Part shown: piece by piece, positions 63,457-64,000 of the stretch
How positions within the stretch are numbered: the first letter of the stretch is position 1
How the letters are laid out: every line of letters begins with the position of its first letter
Assembly: GCA_003971905.1 (NCBI GenBank)
Contig: RSEE01000117.1
Location: forward strand, 1 to 64,000
Reading direction: 5' to 3'
DNA length: 64,000 nt
DNA from: Moniliella sp. 'wahieum'
Taxonomy: Eukaryota
The notes under the pieces: model-generated
Seen by the model: only the letters and a program-made list of their open reading frames with translations
Databases searched by the model: none
What the model was told of the DNA's origin: nothing
Program-made: the position numbers and the translations under genes

Positions 63457-64000
63457 GGCTAATGTGCTGTGGCGATAGCAGTCGCAGTAGCAATAGCGGC
63501 GGTGGCGTTGGGTGGTGGACCAGGGGTCGTGGGGTGGGGGCGGATCGCGTGGGCCCAGGTTAAAATACGTGTTGTGTATAGCCCCTGGAGCAAGTCTAGG
63601 GCCCCTCCATAACCCAACAATCACGCGTCATGACCGATGAGAGCCGGTGGCTCAAATCATGAATGACTTTAATGACTCGAATGCGGGCAGAGCAGTGGCA
63701 GTACCAGTGTGGCGCAGCGGCTGCCACACCGTCCCACCCGGGAACACTGTTCCCACACCGGGGGGACACTCGTCGTCGGTGCCCTGCGCCTGTGCCTAAA
63801 CGATCCGGTGGGGAAACACCGGGCAACGTCTTTATAGCCTCTTTTGTCGGTGGCTAGCCTGCTCTGCCCCGTTCCGACGCTCACTTGGGCCGATCCCTTA
63901 GCCCCTGCGGCCTCTTGTCATATGCAATGCACGTATCTGCCTTCTTGACCCTTGCCCGATGTACATTATATTGCCCGCGATGTACATTATAGCAGTCTTG

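Overview
A 64-kb GC-rich window of a fungal nuclear genome, most likely a basidiomycete, judging by the GTRNGY...CTRAC...YAG spliceosomal introns and the gene families present. About 17 protein-coding genes can be reconstructed: a GATA factor with a (QA)n tract, a PCL/Pho80-family cyclin, ERG25, RPL23, a Gvp36-like BAR protein, a Zn2Cys6 transcription factor, a WD40-like gene, a CENP-P/Ctf19-like gene, the complex I 75-kDa subunit, MET2, VPS24, an ABC1/ADCK kinase, ALG2, a DENN-domain protein, a protein with four dynein-light-chain (LC8)-like domains, a secreted LIP lipase, a MARVEL-like membrane protein and a DUF2828/vWA protein. There is also an intron-containing tRNA-Ser(CGA). Almost every gene carries 1-bp frameshifts, most likely unpolished long-read errors, so CDS boundaries are approximate. 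Gene-poor blocks (about 2.9-7.8, 9.5-17 and 27-31 kb) hold transposon relics. Four signals stand out: (1) non-coding DNA is pervaded by 7-bp-period lattices of TNA + palindromic tetramer (TNA-AGCT-TNA, TNA-ACGT-TNA, TNA-CCGG-TNA, TNA-CTAG-TNA and others) that I did not see in exons and that may be serial transposon excision footprints; (2) the single-chain 4x LC8-like protein; (3) an intronless, atypical DUF2828 gene converging on a tRNA whose 5' end is triplicated; (4) a retained CENP-P-like kinetochore gene. All family calls are by-eye motif recognition; no searches were run.
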